Positions 1 through 13,439 of a stretch of 64,000 bases of DNA are shown in pieces; positions within the stretch are counted from its first letter, which is position 1; every line of letters begins with the position of its first letter. The stretch spans positions 76,446,001-76,510,000 of the forward strand of contig OZ024742.1 in the NCBI GenBank assembly GCA_964016885.1, read 5' to 3'. A program made the translations under genes and the position numbers. The stretch comes from Eledone cirrhosa (taxonomy: Eukaryota). Under the pieces are notes generated by a model. It was given only the letters and a program-made list of their open reading frames with translations. It had not been told where the DNA came from and made no database searches.

Positions 1-1048
1 TATATATATATATAAGTTCACATGCACATACATGTGAATGCTTACACACAAATATACACGCTCATGCATAAAGACACCCCACATATATATGTATAAAAAG
101 CGGCTAGAATCAAACCGGTATCTGAAAGATATGAGATTCAATTTTTCAAAGCGGCCGATGGCAACTTATTTTTCCGTCTTTTAAGCGTGGACACCATATT
201 TTATAAGCTATTGTTACATCATCTCAGTACTTCAAAGAGCCGAAACTTCGGCTTCGTATATATATATTCATATTTTTAAGGTTACATAGTGAACCCTGTT
301 ATTCTCGTCTTTCACCAGCTTAGCCCTGCGGGAAGCAGGCGAAATCCGGAATAACATGTGTGACTATATAGCCTGAAGAGAATTAATATATATATATATG
401 GGTGGGTATGTTTGTGTCTGTCTGAGTGTGTGTGTATGTGTGAATAGTATATTTTAATATGATGAAAATTCAATATTGTATTGCTGATCTATTGCATATA
501 TAATGATAGCCTGATGCTAAATATGAGTTACGACATTGTAACAGTGAGAAAATCGTGTTAGTATTGGGGTGAAATATGTACAGAATTAGAATGGTGAGAA
601 AAGTCATTTGATTCAACAAGTTAACCTATATTATGATCTAAATGGGTGGATACATAACTTCAAAATACGAAAGACACGCTATTTGTATAATTAATACTCC
701 TGCGGAGAGAATGACTTTCATACGATTATGTTGCTTTGAAGGGGAAATCATTCTCATTACCTTATATCACTCAATTATTGGGTCGAGTAATCAGTCAGAC
801 ATGTTTGTAATATTTATGGGTATGAGAATATACCAAAACTACTACATGAAAAACAATGCAAAATAAAAAAAAAACAACAGAAATATGGCAAATACAACGA
901 TGGAAACAAGCATATCATATTCAACATCAGCCGTCAAACTTGTATATACAGTGAGACTTCAGTTCATTTATTAATAGTATTACGGTCGATCTAAGAATGC
1001 CAGATAAAACAAAAATTCTACTCGCACACACTCATGCTGTAATCATTG

Positions 1049-1265
1049 TTGGATTGACAGTATCGGTAGAGGGTCGGACGCCATGATTTGCAGCATAGAG
1101 GTACGGCCCTTTATGATGTGAGTTCAAATCCTTCCAAGGTTTCTTTGCCTTTCATCCTCACGGGGTCGATAAAATAAAGTACCAGTCAAGCACTGGGGTC
1201 GTTTTAATGGACTTTCCCCTTCCCCAGAATTGCTCTCCTTGTGCTTATATAAGAAACCGTTATTA
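1049..1265 (+). mobile_element. tRNA-derived SINE, copy 1
   Basis: A-box-like TGACAGTATCGGTAG, B-box GAGTTCAAATCC and central GCCTTTCATCCTCACGGGGTCGATAAAATAAAGTACCAGT, shared with the copies at 30.6, 37.9 and 41.6 kb. Confidence 0.85.
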
Positions 1266-2215
1266 TGAAATTTCCTCCATGTTTAAATGCATAATTACAT
1301 ATATTTTGATATTTATATATTCATTTATGTTCACTAATTTACACACAGTTCACATTTCAAGCTATTTTATTACTTCATATATTTTTCATTATTTATTCAT
1401 TTGTTACAGCATTTCCCCTTTCGAGATAATTATATTTATCATTCATAATAATATTGGTATTATTTTAATATTTCTCGTTTACTTTTAGTTGCTCTCACTT
1501 TTAACCAATTTAATTGTCAATTTTGACACAGCATATTCCTAACATATTCCTCTGGAATTAATTGATTCTCTGTTATACCACACACTAGATATTAAAGCTT
1601 TTATATCATTACCTGCATATATTTTCAACAGCCTAAGTAAAAAGAAATATTTCCCTTCACACTTGAGATAATGAAGTATGAAAGCACTTATCATTTACTA
1701 ATCATAATGTATAACAGGCATCCATTAAAAGAATAATATTTCTGTACCACGCACTTACCAAATTCATACTCACACACACAAAAGAAAATATTTCATCTAA
1801 AGGTTGGCTCAAATGTCACGCACCACACAAATCACCATTTAAACAAATTATTTTATTTATATTTCCCAGTGATCCAAGTACAAATTTCATGAACACACTA
1901 AGTATTACCGATACATTTATATAATTATATATGCTTTTGTGAAATATGTATGTTGCAACCCATATCATTGCAGCAGGAAATGAGTGCTTATAGTGGCGAT
2001 TGATAAACATTACCATCTACTTTGTAACTTTCAACCGAAAACTTAGAATATGTAACGCCATGCAGGGACACACACAATAACATATTTACTTATTGTAAAC
2101 AAGATATGTTCTCTCTTTGGTTTCGCACCCCCACACAAATTTATTATTGACCCTCTCTCCCTGTATAGTACTCTGCTCATCTCTCTATTCTTTCATTCTC
2201 TCTTTCACTGTATAC

Positions 2216-2270
<55 letters not shown>

Positions 2271-2274
<4 letters not shown>

Positions 2275-3684
2275 TACTCCTCATTTAACGATCTACCCTT
2301 TTAACGATCTCTCGGAGTTACGAACAACTTCACGAATTACATATATTAGTTTAACAATATCTCGCAGTTACGAACCGCAGAGAACAGTGACAGCACAGCT
2401 GTGAGTGAAAGTGAACGCAGTTGTGTACGATAAGTTGGGCTGAGGCAACCGGCAGTGCTGAGCAGCCTCCAGCTCATCACCTTTCGCAGCGTCATTCGCG
2501 TGTATCCACTGAACACGAGAAGTTACCAAGTATATTTTCGTTTCGATACCGTAATATCCCTCATGATGTCAGCAAAAAGATCCAGTACTACACCAGGACC
2601 TTATCCCAAGAAGTCAAGGAAATCCATTGATATAGAAACAAAGCTGAAGATCATCAAACAATATGAAGAAGGAGGTAAAGTGAACGCAATTGCTGCGAGA
2701 ATGAACTTGGCATGTTCTACTATATCTACCATCCTCAATGACAAAGAACGAGTGAAGGAGACAGCCAAGAACACAACGGGATGCAATGCTTTGATAACAA
2801 GACAGCGAAAAGGCCTGATACATTAAATGGAGGATGTGTTGGCCATGTGGTTTGATGAACAAATAGCCAAACAAATGCCAATGAGTCTTCATATTATTAA
2901 AAGCAAGGCGCGCAGCATCTTCGAGAAACTCAAGTCACGTCAGGGAGACGAGTGTACTGAAACGTTTACGGCAAGCCACGGTTGGTTCCAGCGATTTTGT
3001 CGTCGATTTAATTTGCACAACCGGCGTATTACTGGTGAAGCAGCAAGTGCTGATACGGACGCAGCAAAAACATTCCTCGATGTTTTAGACAAGATTATCG
3101 AGGAAGGAGACTATCGCCCGGAACAAATTTTCAGTGTCGACGAAACTGGCATCTTTTGGAAAGAAATGCCGGAAAGAACATATCTTCACAAAGAGGCTAA
3201 AAGTATGCCTGGCTTCAAGGCAATCAAGGATTGAGTGACGTTGCTTTTAGGCGTAAACGTTGGGGGCATAAGCAGAAACCATGTTTCATTCATCGCTCCC
3301 AAACCGCACGTGCATTAAAGAATTGAACAAACACAAGCTGCCAGTGTTTTATCGGGCAAACAACAAGGCATGGATGACGCAATCTTTGTTCGAGGACTGG
3401 TTCATCAACTGCTTTATACCTGCAGCCATGGACTACTGCCTTGAAAACAACATTCCTTTCAAGATTCTACTTCTCCTCGATAATGCCCCAGGCCAGTCCC
3501 AACATATTCATGACCTGCACTCTAATGTTAAAGTAGTGTATCTGCCCAAAAATACGACGTCAATTCTTCAACCAATGGGCCAGGGGGTGATATCTACTTT
3601 CAAGGCGTATTATTTACGAACTACTTTTGCACAGGCAGTAACAGCAACGGAAGATGACGTAATGGATCTTCGTGAATTTTGGCT
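2271..3684 (+). mobile_element. Tigger/pogo DNA transposon, 3'-truncated
   Basis: Starts after (TA)n with a Tigger-like TIR (AGGTACTCCTCATTTAACGA) and carries a pogo transposase. The right end is absent and replaced by unrelated GC-rich sequence. Confidence 0.9.
2563..3684 (+). pseudogene. Tigger-type transposase (CENP-B HTH + DDE_1), disrupted
   Basis: RKSIDIETKLKII (psq HTH), FTASHGWFQRF, FSVDETGIFW, KAWMTQSLFEDWF, LLLLDNAPG and SILQPMGQGVI (last catalytic D reads G). Stops at 2826 and 3234 plus a frameshift. Confidence 0.92.
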
Positions 3685-5260
3685 CCCCGATTGCCGATGG
3701 GGACTCCGGTGAGGAACAGTCAACCCTGTGTCCCTATTGCCAACCTGGGATTGGTGGCAGCATTGTTGCCGGGCACCCTGCGGGCAGACGATGCCTGCGG
3801 TGTGGGACATTGTGAGTGCCTGGACCCACGTTGACTGATCTGTGGAGGTGCCGTCGGAGATGTATGTCAACGATAACGGGAACTTGCCCAAGGAAACAGT
3901 AACAGAACACCCAATATGGCGGCCGCTCCCTGCCTATAACCAATCAAACCCCTTCCTCCCCTAATAAACCCCCGCCCAAATAGATGCCCCTCCCCACTCT
4001 CCCCCACTCACCTCTTTTGAGTTAGTTCTTCTTTATTATTGGTGGTTCTTTTTGAGTTAGTTCTTTATTAATAGTGATTTTTTTGTATATTACCACGGTT
4101 GACTTAATGGGCTTGGAGAGTTGACACCCTTGAAGTCTGACCACTCGATAAATCAGGGGTTGTGCCCCTTGAGCAAGCAGGGATGTGTCTAGCTGGTCTA
4201 CCTGCTGTCTGCTACTACCCGAGACTGGACACGGTCGTAGCCACAGGCCAGCGCGTGCGCGATGGCATAGAATATATATTTTCTGCTAGTCACCCCGTGT
4301 AATATGATACCCCAAGATTCCATGCATGAGATTCACCGAAGCATGCGCAGTCTTAACTGGGAGATGTCAAACGAACTTGAAAATAACACAAGAGAGACCC
4401 TTTGGATAGCGTAGACGCCGGATCATACCTGCAAATATATACAGACCTGTCTTGAATGTGCATGGCTGACGCAATATGGATAACACGACCAACCCCAAGC
4501 TGGAACCGACCCCTACAACAAACAAAGAGGGGACAGCCCTTCGCATTTGACCAGTCGCGTGTGTGCTTGGAGTTCGTAGTATACCACCCCAGTCAAATCC
4601 ACACTGTTTTTTTTACCAATATAGCATGTAAACCAATACATCCTATGCAGCGAGACCTTGGATTTGGAACCGGCAGCGTGCAATCCCCGAAACTAAAAGA
4701 TCGAACGGACCACACCCAGCAACCACTAGCCATTTGATCCACAGGTACATTTCCCAGAGAGTCCACGCAGCTGATAGTGAATCCCGGTTGATTCGTGAAC
4801 TCTGAACTTTTAAACAAGACCAAATGTGCCTGGAGCTATGCAGATGACTACACACGCATAATGGATATCGCGCCCACAAGGTCACCTGTATTATTTATCC
4901 TGCTGTATGTGTGTAAAGTATCCGTGCGTGGGATATCCCTGAGTACATTTTCTTGACTATCAATGGTTAATTGATTGTTTGTTAATTACGCGGGGGTATA
5001 CCATTATGTCTTTGTTAATCATATGTGATGCTGTATGGGTGTAAAGTATCCGAGAGCGGGATATCCCTGAGCTAATTTTGCTTAACTGTTAATTGTTTAT
5101 AAGTCCCACCATATGTTCGGACGAAACGGCGGATCGGCAATAAACTTGTTATAATGTCATAATAGTTCCTTTGTTCTTTTTCATTAATATTTCTGCTCTG
5201 CTTATACGCATAGAGCTTAACTAGCTACCGTCACATATTTGGTAGGTCAGACGTGATCAT
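3685..5260 (+). mobile_element. Possible LTR-retrotransposon remnant
   Basis: Gag-knuckle-like CPYCQ...RRCLRCGTL near 3730-3815, a ~130-bp tandem duplication at 4900-5100, AATAAA near 5140, and ...GTCACA followed by TGGTAGGTCAGACGTGAT, partly resembling a tRNA-Trp PBS (TGGTGACCCCGACGTGAT). Confidence 0.4.
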
Positions 5261-5608
5261 CGCGATTCACATACGACCTACCATACATCTTGCTTATATA
5301 TATATATATGTATATATATATGCATATCGTGTGTATTTGTTTATTTTTAAGTTGTTTGTATTTATTCAAACCCCCAGCCACACCACCCCACCCCACCAAC
5401 ACCTCAAAACACTCACAGACACCTTTTGTTGTCAACACGTCCCTTTTTGTCCTTATTTTTATTTTTATTTTTATTTTTTTCTTATATATATATATATATA
5501 TAAGTATTGAAATTTGCGTTGAAAACAGAAAAGGTCATAGAAGTGAAAAGTGCTCTATGTAAGTACCAGAGCAACATTTAATGTATAAAAATCAATACAA
5601 TATAATTA

Positions 5609-5678
5609 CCTCATTACCAGAGGTTTCCCGAATGAGGCGAATACGAAAGAAACGTCTTCATTCGTTCGTCAGACGAGG
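5609..5678 (-). ncRNA. Type I hammerhead ribozyme
   Basis: Reverse complement: CCTCGT-CTGACGA-acgaatga...tcattcgg-GAAA-CCTCTG-GTA-ATGAGG. Core intact; stems I, II and III pair. Confidence 0.88.
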
Positions 5679-6390
5679 CGATATAAAACATGGGTAAATA
5701 CTTGGAAAGTCTCATCAAGAAAAGCAAAAAAAAAATATATAGACTAATGAATTAGAATATGAAATATATATATATATTTCAAGAAATATAGTTAGGTGTG
5801 TGTATATGTATGTATATACGCTCACAGATGTGCATATATGTGTATGCGCTTATGTATACGTACAGTGAAAAAGTGTGCGTAAATATATAATTTAGGACAA
5901 ATGTATCTGTGTATCTGTAATCTACAGACAGAATAGATACCTCATAAGAATATGAAGGCACGCGCATAAACACACCTACACACACGTACACTTATATGCG
6001 GAAGTAAAAGAGGTAAGGGAGTGTAATAATTAAAGGAAAGTATCAATCTCGATATATTTATAAAAATGGAACAATAATTTAGAAAGAAAAAATTAAAGAA
6101 AAGGAGACAAACAAGGTACACGCATACACACACACGTATATCTCGCAAAAGAAACGCAAAAATATACATGCTTATATACACACCCTCACTTACACACCCA
6201 TACGTTCGATACGTACACACACACGCACACACACACACACACATACTTACACTCACGCATATTGACCTGTTTGCATGCACACGCATAAAAATGATGATGT
6301 AAACAAAAATAAAAAAGGGGGGGGAGAACAATAAAGAAACAAAACATAAAACCTAGATGTAAAAACACGGATATAAAGACACATACACAT

Positions 6391-6436
<46 letters not shown>

Positions 6437-6767
6437 TTACGCGCGCGCACATACGTAGGCGCTCATGTATATATATAGAAAGTATACACACATTGAGGCG
6501 TTCAGCCACATAGATACAGGGTGTAAAAAACTTGTGGATAAGTAAGTACAAATATAAAATTATAAAATTGTAAGATTGGCTGCGCAAAAATAAAAAAATA
6601 AAAATAAAAAAATATCTGGTGTGGAAAAAGCAAGTGACTAGTCTAATCAGTTAGTGAAGGAAATATGGAAGTAAAAAATGGAATGTGAAGATATTAGGTA
6701 AGTGAATCGGAGAATCAAGGGGGTGGGGGGTTATTGGTGGATGTGAAGTAAAAATTAAAAAAATATA

Positions 6768-6963
6768 TAAAAATAAAAATAAAAATAAAAATAAAAATAA
6801 AAATAAAAATAAAAATAAAAATAAAAATAAAAATAAAAATAAAAATAAAAATAAAAATAAAAATAAAAATAAAAATAAAAATAAAAATAAAAATAAAAAT
6901 AAAAATAAAAATAAAAATAAAAATAAAAATAAAAATAAAAATAAAAATAAAAATAAAAATAAA

Positions 6964-6994
<31 letters not shown>

Positions 6995-7000
6995 TTAAAT
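6768..7000. repeat. (AAAAAT)n microsatellite
   Basis: More than 30 near-perfect hexamer units. Confidence 0.97.
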
Positions 7001-7597
7001 TAAATGAAATTAATAATAAGGATAACAATGAGAGTAAATCAGAAAGGGTAATTATAATGAGAATAATAAGAGTTTATGGAGGATAAGTATCTGAAAGTGT
7101 GTTAAGTTTATATGAGCTGGAAAGCAGGTGTGATTTCATGTGTGGGTAACTGGTGAAAATTCCCGTCTTTGTGTTCAGGCAGGTCTTTGGTGATTTAAGA
7201 TTTTGCAATATCCAATATTTTTCATTTATGCAGAGCGTGCATTTTCTTGTTCCTCTTGCATATTCTTTAGATTGGTTCAAAATTGACCAATCCAATTTAT
7301 ATTGGATGCCTTGGTCTTTCAAATCCCAAATTCTGCTAGCCAGAGCTGTTGTAAATCTGTTTTCTGGATGTCGAAAGGATGCGACATGTGAGTATTAACG
7401 CGTTTTGAATTTGTCTTGCGTCATACCCACATATCATTCACTGGTGGCTGGATGGTTGTTGCTGATGGTTGTCACTTTAGCCGCATATACAATGGCTTTG
7501 GTGTTGCATTTACCTTGTAATGGGCATTCACTTTTGATTCTACAGGAGCAAGTTTGATTTTCTCTAGGTGATTTTCTCTAGGTGATATATATATATA

Positions 7598-8498
<901 letters not shown>

Positions 8499-8524
8499 AT
8501 GTATATATATATATATAAATATAT

Positions 8525-8872
8525 ATATTGTCATACTTAGGGAGGGTCATGTTGCCAATAAGAAACACACGCACCAGTTGCTTTCACTTCAATTTATAAT
8601 AAATTTATAAATTTATAAATTTCTGGTTGGTTGGTTGCTTCCACAACCAGATAGTTGTTTATATATTGTCATAGTTCTTTCGTCACACACTCTGTGACCT
8701 CTTCAGTGGTTGGGGATTCCATTCTTTGTTTCTGTGCCTCTCCTTTGTTCAACCAACCAGAAATTTATAAATTTATAAATTTATTATAAATTTATTATAA
8801 TAAATTGAAGTGAAAGCAACTGGTGCGTGTGTTTCTTATTGGCAACATGACCCTCCCTAAGTATAACAATAT
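8525..8872. mobile_element. Non-autonomous fold-back PLE mini-element
   Basis: Inverted arms 8525-8633 and 8750-8872. The terminus ATGACCCTCCCTAAGTATAACAATAT matches the Naiad-type 3' end at 18972-18997, and the spacer holds an HHR. Confidence 0.78.
8669..8710 (-). ncRNA. Minimal hammerhead ribozyme
   Basis: Reverse complement: CCA-CTGAAGA-ggtcac-agagtgt-gtgac-GAAA-GAACTA-TG. Stems I and III are weak. Confidence 0.65.
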
Positions 8873-8998
8873 CGGTTTCAACACACGATTGCAGATAAAG
8901 AATCTTGCTAAACAAATTCAGAAACGTAATATATATATATACATATACATATATATATACATATGAGTGAGAAATGAAATTTAATTTTTTTCCATTTA

Positions 8999-9034
<36 letters not shown>

Positions 9035-9035
<1 letters not shown>

Positions 9036-9175
9036 TATATAAATGTGAAATGGGCGAAAATTCTCTGAGTCGTGTCTGGATACAGGCAAAATTGTAGTAC
9101 CAATGCTCTGATTGTCATGAAAATTTACACATTAACGTAAAAGTTGCCGAGGAAGCGACGGGTTTACTTGGTGTT
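9035..9175 (+). mobile_element. Short non-autonomous Helitron/HINE-like fragment
   Basis: TATATAAATGTGAAATG start, CTGATTGTCATGAAAATTTACACA and a GC-rich 3' end (GCCGAGGAAGCGACGGGTTTAC). Resemblance only. Confidence 0.4.
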
Positions 9176-9571
9176 CTCTAAAAATATGGTCTCTAGGGCC
9201 AACAAATGATATATTTCTATCGATGTTACCGCCCTATAGTTTCTTAGCTTTACTCTCTCCGTCGCTCTTGCCTCTCTATATAATAGATCATTCCCTCTCT
9301 CTATAATTTAACTGCTTTACTCTCTATGTCGCTCGTCATTCCCTATATGACAGCACTGCAGAGAGAGAGAGATAGGTCGTTAGAATAGCAGAGAGAGATA
9401 GGCCGTTAGACAGAGAGAGATACAATTAAAGTGTTAGAAATTCAGAGAGAGAGAGAGAGAGAGAGAAACAGAGATGGACCGGCACACTTCAGTTAACGTT
9501 CAGTCACGTGTTATATATCTTTGATCTGTCGTCACTCGCATAGCACACACACACAAACACATAAACACGAT

Positions 9572-11490
9572 ACTTATATAAAGCTGAGCGTTGTGTGTAT
9601 GTATGCATGTATGCATGTATGTATGTATCCTACACACCTCCCTATACTATTTAACCTCAAATAATATTATATCCATCTCTTTGTGAATCATCTCCAATTC
9701 ATTATACGTAAACAATAACATTGATTTTTCGTTATTAGCTTAGCATTTTACATTCAAGTTTCTCCCTTTTTTAATGCAACTTTTTATTGAAACGACTACG
9801 TGCTCTCAGTGGTTCCTGTATCTAACCTAAAATACTTTTACACTGCTTCTATACTATCGTTATACGAGATGCCTAACCGAAAACGACCAATATTTTCTTC
9901 TAAACGAAATAAAGCCCTTAAATTGCAAACAATGGAGGCGCGTGCGTAGGTACGTTTTTTATCGATATCCTTTGTTATTTTGCTTCTTTTATCTCCATAA
10001 AAATATTATTTCTGTTTTGAGAAGTTGTAAAACAGTAGTGGCCGAGTTAAAGCATTCAGTTTTTTTTTTAAACTCCAGGAGACACCGGAGTCTTACTGCC
10101 CACCGCATTCAGCGCCAATGATCACGTCTCTAACGAGACTCCGCAGGCAAGGAAGGCTCGTCCTACGGCCCAGCGCACTCGCGACCAACGCTCACGTCTC
10201 GAGGAGACTCCAGAGGCAAGGTCGGGCTATCTTGTTGCAGACCACAATCAGCGCCAACTCTCACTCCTCGAGGAAACTCCGGAGGCAAGGGAGGCCCGTC
10301 TTTCTGCCCAGCGCGATCAGCGCCAACGCTAACTTCTCGACGAGACTCCGGAGTCAATGGAGGACCGTCTTTCTGACTAGCACACTCGACGTCAACGCTT
10401 ACGTCTCAACAAGACTCCGGAGTCAAAGGAAGAAAGGCTGGCAGGTAGACGGGGTAAACGTCAAGAAAATGCTGCTACTACAAGTGACACTTTTGGCTTA
10501 AAAGCTGGCTTTAACTACAATCTTTCTGATGATTACACCAATAACCCGGATTTGGCTCTTGGAAAAATGGATAAGGTATGTCAGTCATGTGGGGCTAAGA
10601 TATGGGTCGGTGAGGCTCCAGGTCTTTGCTGTTCCGGGGGCAAGTTCGACTTCAGGCTCTGGCTGATCCTCGTGATTTGCGGCAAAATCTTCTCATTGGT
10701 AACTCTGACCACGGAGTGAAGTTTCGCAAAAGCATTTGGAGATACAATTTTATGCTTCGCTATGACATCATTTGGCGTAAGGGATGGCAGAAACAACAAA
10801 AAGAAGAACGACAGCAACAAAACCGGTGTCGCCAGAAATTGTGACAACAAGGAAAAAAGAAAGAAAGAAAAACTTTACACCTACAAAATTCAAGGTCAGT
10901 GTTACCACCTAATGGGAAGCCTTCGCCCACAAATAGGCGAGGAGCCTAAATTTCTCCAGGTATTCTTCGTGGGCGGGAATGATGAGGAAGTCTCCCAAAG
11001 ATACAAGATCAATTCATCTGTTGACGGGGACATTGCTGCCGAACTTCATACTATGATCCATGCAACCCATCCGTACGTCCCTGACTTCAAGAGTGTTCTG
11101 GAGCTTTTGGACTCTAGACCTGAGATGAAATTGGTCATCAGAGCTGACAGACGAGCTGCGGGTGGGCATCCTGGATATTTCAACGCTCCAACTACCAACG
11201 AGGTAGCAGCAATCATGTTTGACAAAAATCATGGTGCACGTGACATCATCATTCAGCATCGCAATAACAGACTGACCTTCGTTGCAGAAACCCATCGGTC
11301 GTACGATTGCTTGCAGTACCTTCTTCTTTTCCCCTACGGCGAGGACGGCTACAACTTCGAGATTCCCACAATTGATCCGAAAAGTCTTGCTGCTTTACGA
11401 AAGAAAGTTTCCAGCATGAATTGTTATGCATACCGACTCATGATCAGAGACGGTCAATTCAACCAACTACTTAGGTTCAAAGCCCCTAAA
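9572..11490 (+). mobile_element. Helitron 5' half (Rep-helicase N-terminus), truncated
   Basis: Helitron-like 5' end TATATAAAGCTGAG. Motifs GKMDKVCQSCGAKIWVGEAPGLCCSGGK, YKIQGQCYHLMGSL, FNAPTTNEVAAI, HRSYDCLQYLLLFPYGEDG and YAYRLMIR are characteristic of the Helitron RepHel N-terminus. Confidence 0.92.
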
Positions 11491-11517
11491 TTGCCCAGGA
11501 TTTATATGGTTAAATAG
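9869..11517 (+). pseudogene. Spliced Helitron RepHel N-terminal coding region with STPR repeats
   Basis: Exon 1 9869-9949 (MPNRKRPIFSSKR...), GTACGT donor at 9950, polyT-CTCCAG acceptor at 10078, then ETPE repeats. Contains frameshifts and stops. Confidence 0.75.
10135..10470 (+). repeat. 69-bp (23-aa) STPR-type coding tandem repeat, about 5 units
   Basis: GAGACTCC/GAAACTCC/AAGACTCC at 10135, 10204, 10273, 10342 and 10411, translating ETPEAREARL-like units. Confidence 0.85.
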
Positions 11518-13439
11518 TCTTTTTAACATTTGCTGCCAACACCTCGGACAGGACAGCTCTTATTACCGCTGCTTGCTCTATTTTGATCAATTTTGTTGCA
11601 TGTGGCAAATATGTGTCTTTTTCAGACATATCAATTTCGCTATGTACTGCTGCTTTCACTGTTGGTGCGAATGTGCTGTGGTTGTTAGTGTTGAAGTCAG
11701 TGTTGTTGCCGTCATTATTCATATCACTTTTATTTTTTCAGAATAATTCTGTTGTATTTATTATTGTTGTATTGTTGTGTCGGTGTTTATGGTAGTGGCT
11801 ACTGTCGAGGTGGGGGTGTTTGTGTTGTTTTTTGGTTGCGTTAATATTTCGCCTACTGTTGTTGTTGTGGTGGTGTTGGAGGTGATGTCGCCGCCCTTTC
11901 AGCTCTCCATCGCAGTACGCACTTAGAAACACTTCACAGCCGCACGTTTAATGGCTGAACTACGGTGAACGATCCACTTTTCATTCGAAAGAGACTACAG
12001 CGAAGACATATTATTGTATGTTCTGCGAAGATATATTATTGTATGTTCTATTGGAATAATTATGATAGAACAGTCCATATTGAATACAAACAAAAACTCT
12101 TCCTGGGGGAAAGGTCTCGTCTGCTCATATTTTATAATTAAGTGCCAAAATCATGACGTGAAAATTCTTAGGAACATCATTTATGCTGACTCTAGTTTTA
12201 CTGCAATATAAATAATGCATGAGTACCATATTGATAGACATGCTGTGTAAAAGTCATGATTGTGCTCCTCCTTCATTATATCTGAAAACGATGCAACTCA
12301 TACCATTTGTTATGCCTATGTTATAGTGAAAATGTTGCTGCTTGTAACGGCGTAGGATTCCATTAATTGCTCTTAAGGCAAAATGCGGAAAAACCTGTGA
12401 ATTTTTCAAGATACAGTTAAATCATTTATTCTCTCCCGTGTGCCAGGCAGTGTTTCACAAATAAAAGCCACCGTTTTACTGATCTAATATCTCCATGCAT
12501 CGTTCTATCACTTTAATATTATATATCAGGTGATAGGGTGTTGCAATAGATGTTCTTAAACGTCGAACTTATATCTAGTTTGAAGTAAACTTGTGTTTAT
12601 AAATGTTGATGTTATTGTTGTGGATATCGTTGGATGTTGCTGTGTTTGCTCTTGGTATTGTTGATGTTGGTGTTAAAGTTATTTTTCACTCTTGTTTTTT
12701 TTTGTTGTCGTTGCTACAAATGTAGCCAAGCTTGTTGTTTACAATGTTATTGTTACCTGCTAAAATGTCATTAATATTTTATTCACTTTTTACTCTGGAA
12801 ACTACGTGCGTGTGTTTTAGTTTCACTGTTGCTGTTGCTATTGTTTTCCATATCATTCAAAATGTTCTGACCAATGGTTATTTGTTTTCCGTTAAAAGAT
12901 GTTGTTTTCTTTTTACTCGTTTTCAACTTCTGTGTATTCAACATTTCCTTTATTTTTTCAATTTTCAACGCAGAAGTTTTGTTCATTTGATTTCTTGAGG
13001 ACATGTCTGACTTATTGTTGTTGTTGTTTTTGTTGTTGTTATAGTAATTGTTGTTATTTTTGTTATTTTTTTGTTGTTTTCATCATGCCCATCATCATTT
13101 TCATCATCAGTATATTTCATTGCTAGGAGTTTTTAAATACAAAAAATAAAAACAGTAACTTCGAATGCAGGAATAAAATCTTATACTTTAATATGATAAA
13201 AATTGAAAATCATTTCAACAAACATAAACAAAACCATCCAGAACCTTAAAATTTAGCCCATAGCATAGAGGAGAATACGCTACTATTCTTTTTCTGCTTA
13301 TCATGAATCAATCTCACAAATGCTGTAATACCGGTATGTACAGATCACGATATTGTCAACAATGATAGCAGCATTTCGACTGCAAATTATTTGAGAGCTC
13401 TAGTTTGGTCAGACGCGGATAGGGCAAAGCTCAATAGGT

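Larger units (their letters stand above)
5580..7575 (-). mobile_element. Penelope-like element (Hydra-type) 3' fragment: GIY-YIG endonuclease + pLTR
   Basis: Minus-strand CPLQGKCNTKAIVY..YVGMT..FKTR, IWDLKDQ, CTLCINEKYWI..LN and PHMKSHLL. The terminal ~130 bp (5580-5715) is nearly identical to 60385-60510. Confidence 0.85.

Noticed and set aside
286-368. Tiny hairpin with Tigger-like ends
   Set aside because: The arms are short and mismatched, so it cannot be supported as a MITE from one copy.
1816-2030. Minus-strand SCCNDMGCN, Ly6-like
   Set aside because: Surrounded by in-frame stops; probably chance.
4830-4855. SYADDY RT-like motif
   Set aside because: No other RT motifs in frame.
10135-10470. 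Regularly spaced repeats suggestive of a CRISPR array
   Set aside because: This is a coding 69-bp tandem repeat in a eukaryotic Helitron, with no unique spacers or cas genes.
11510-13120. Minus-strand Asn/Thr-rich stretches resembling Tx1 ORF1 5' regions
   Set aside because: Compositional similarity only, with no diagnostic motif.
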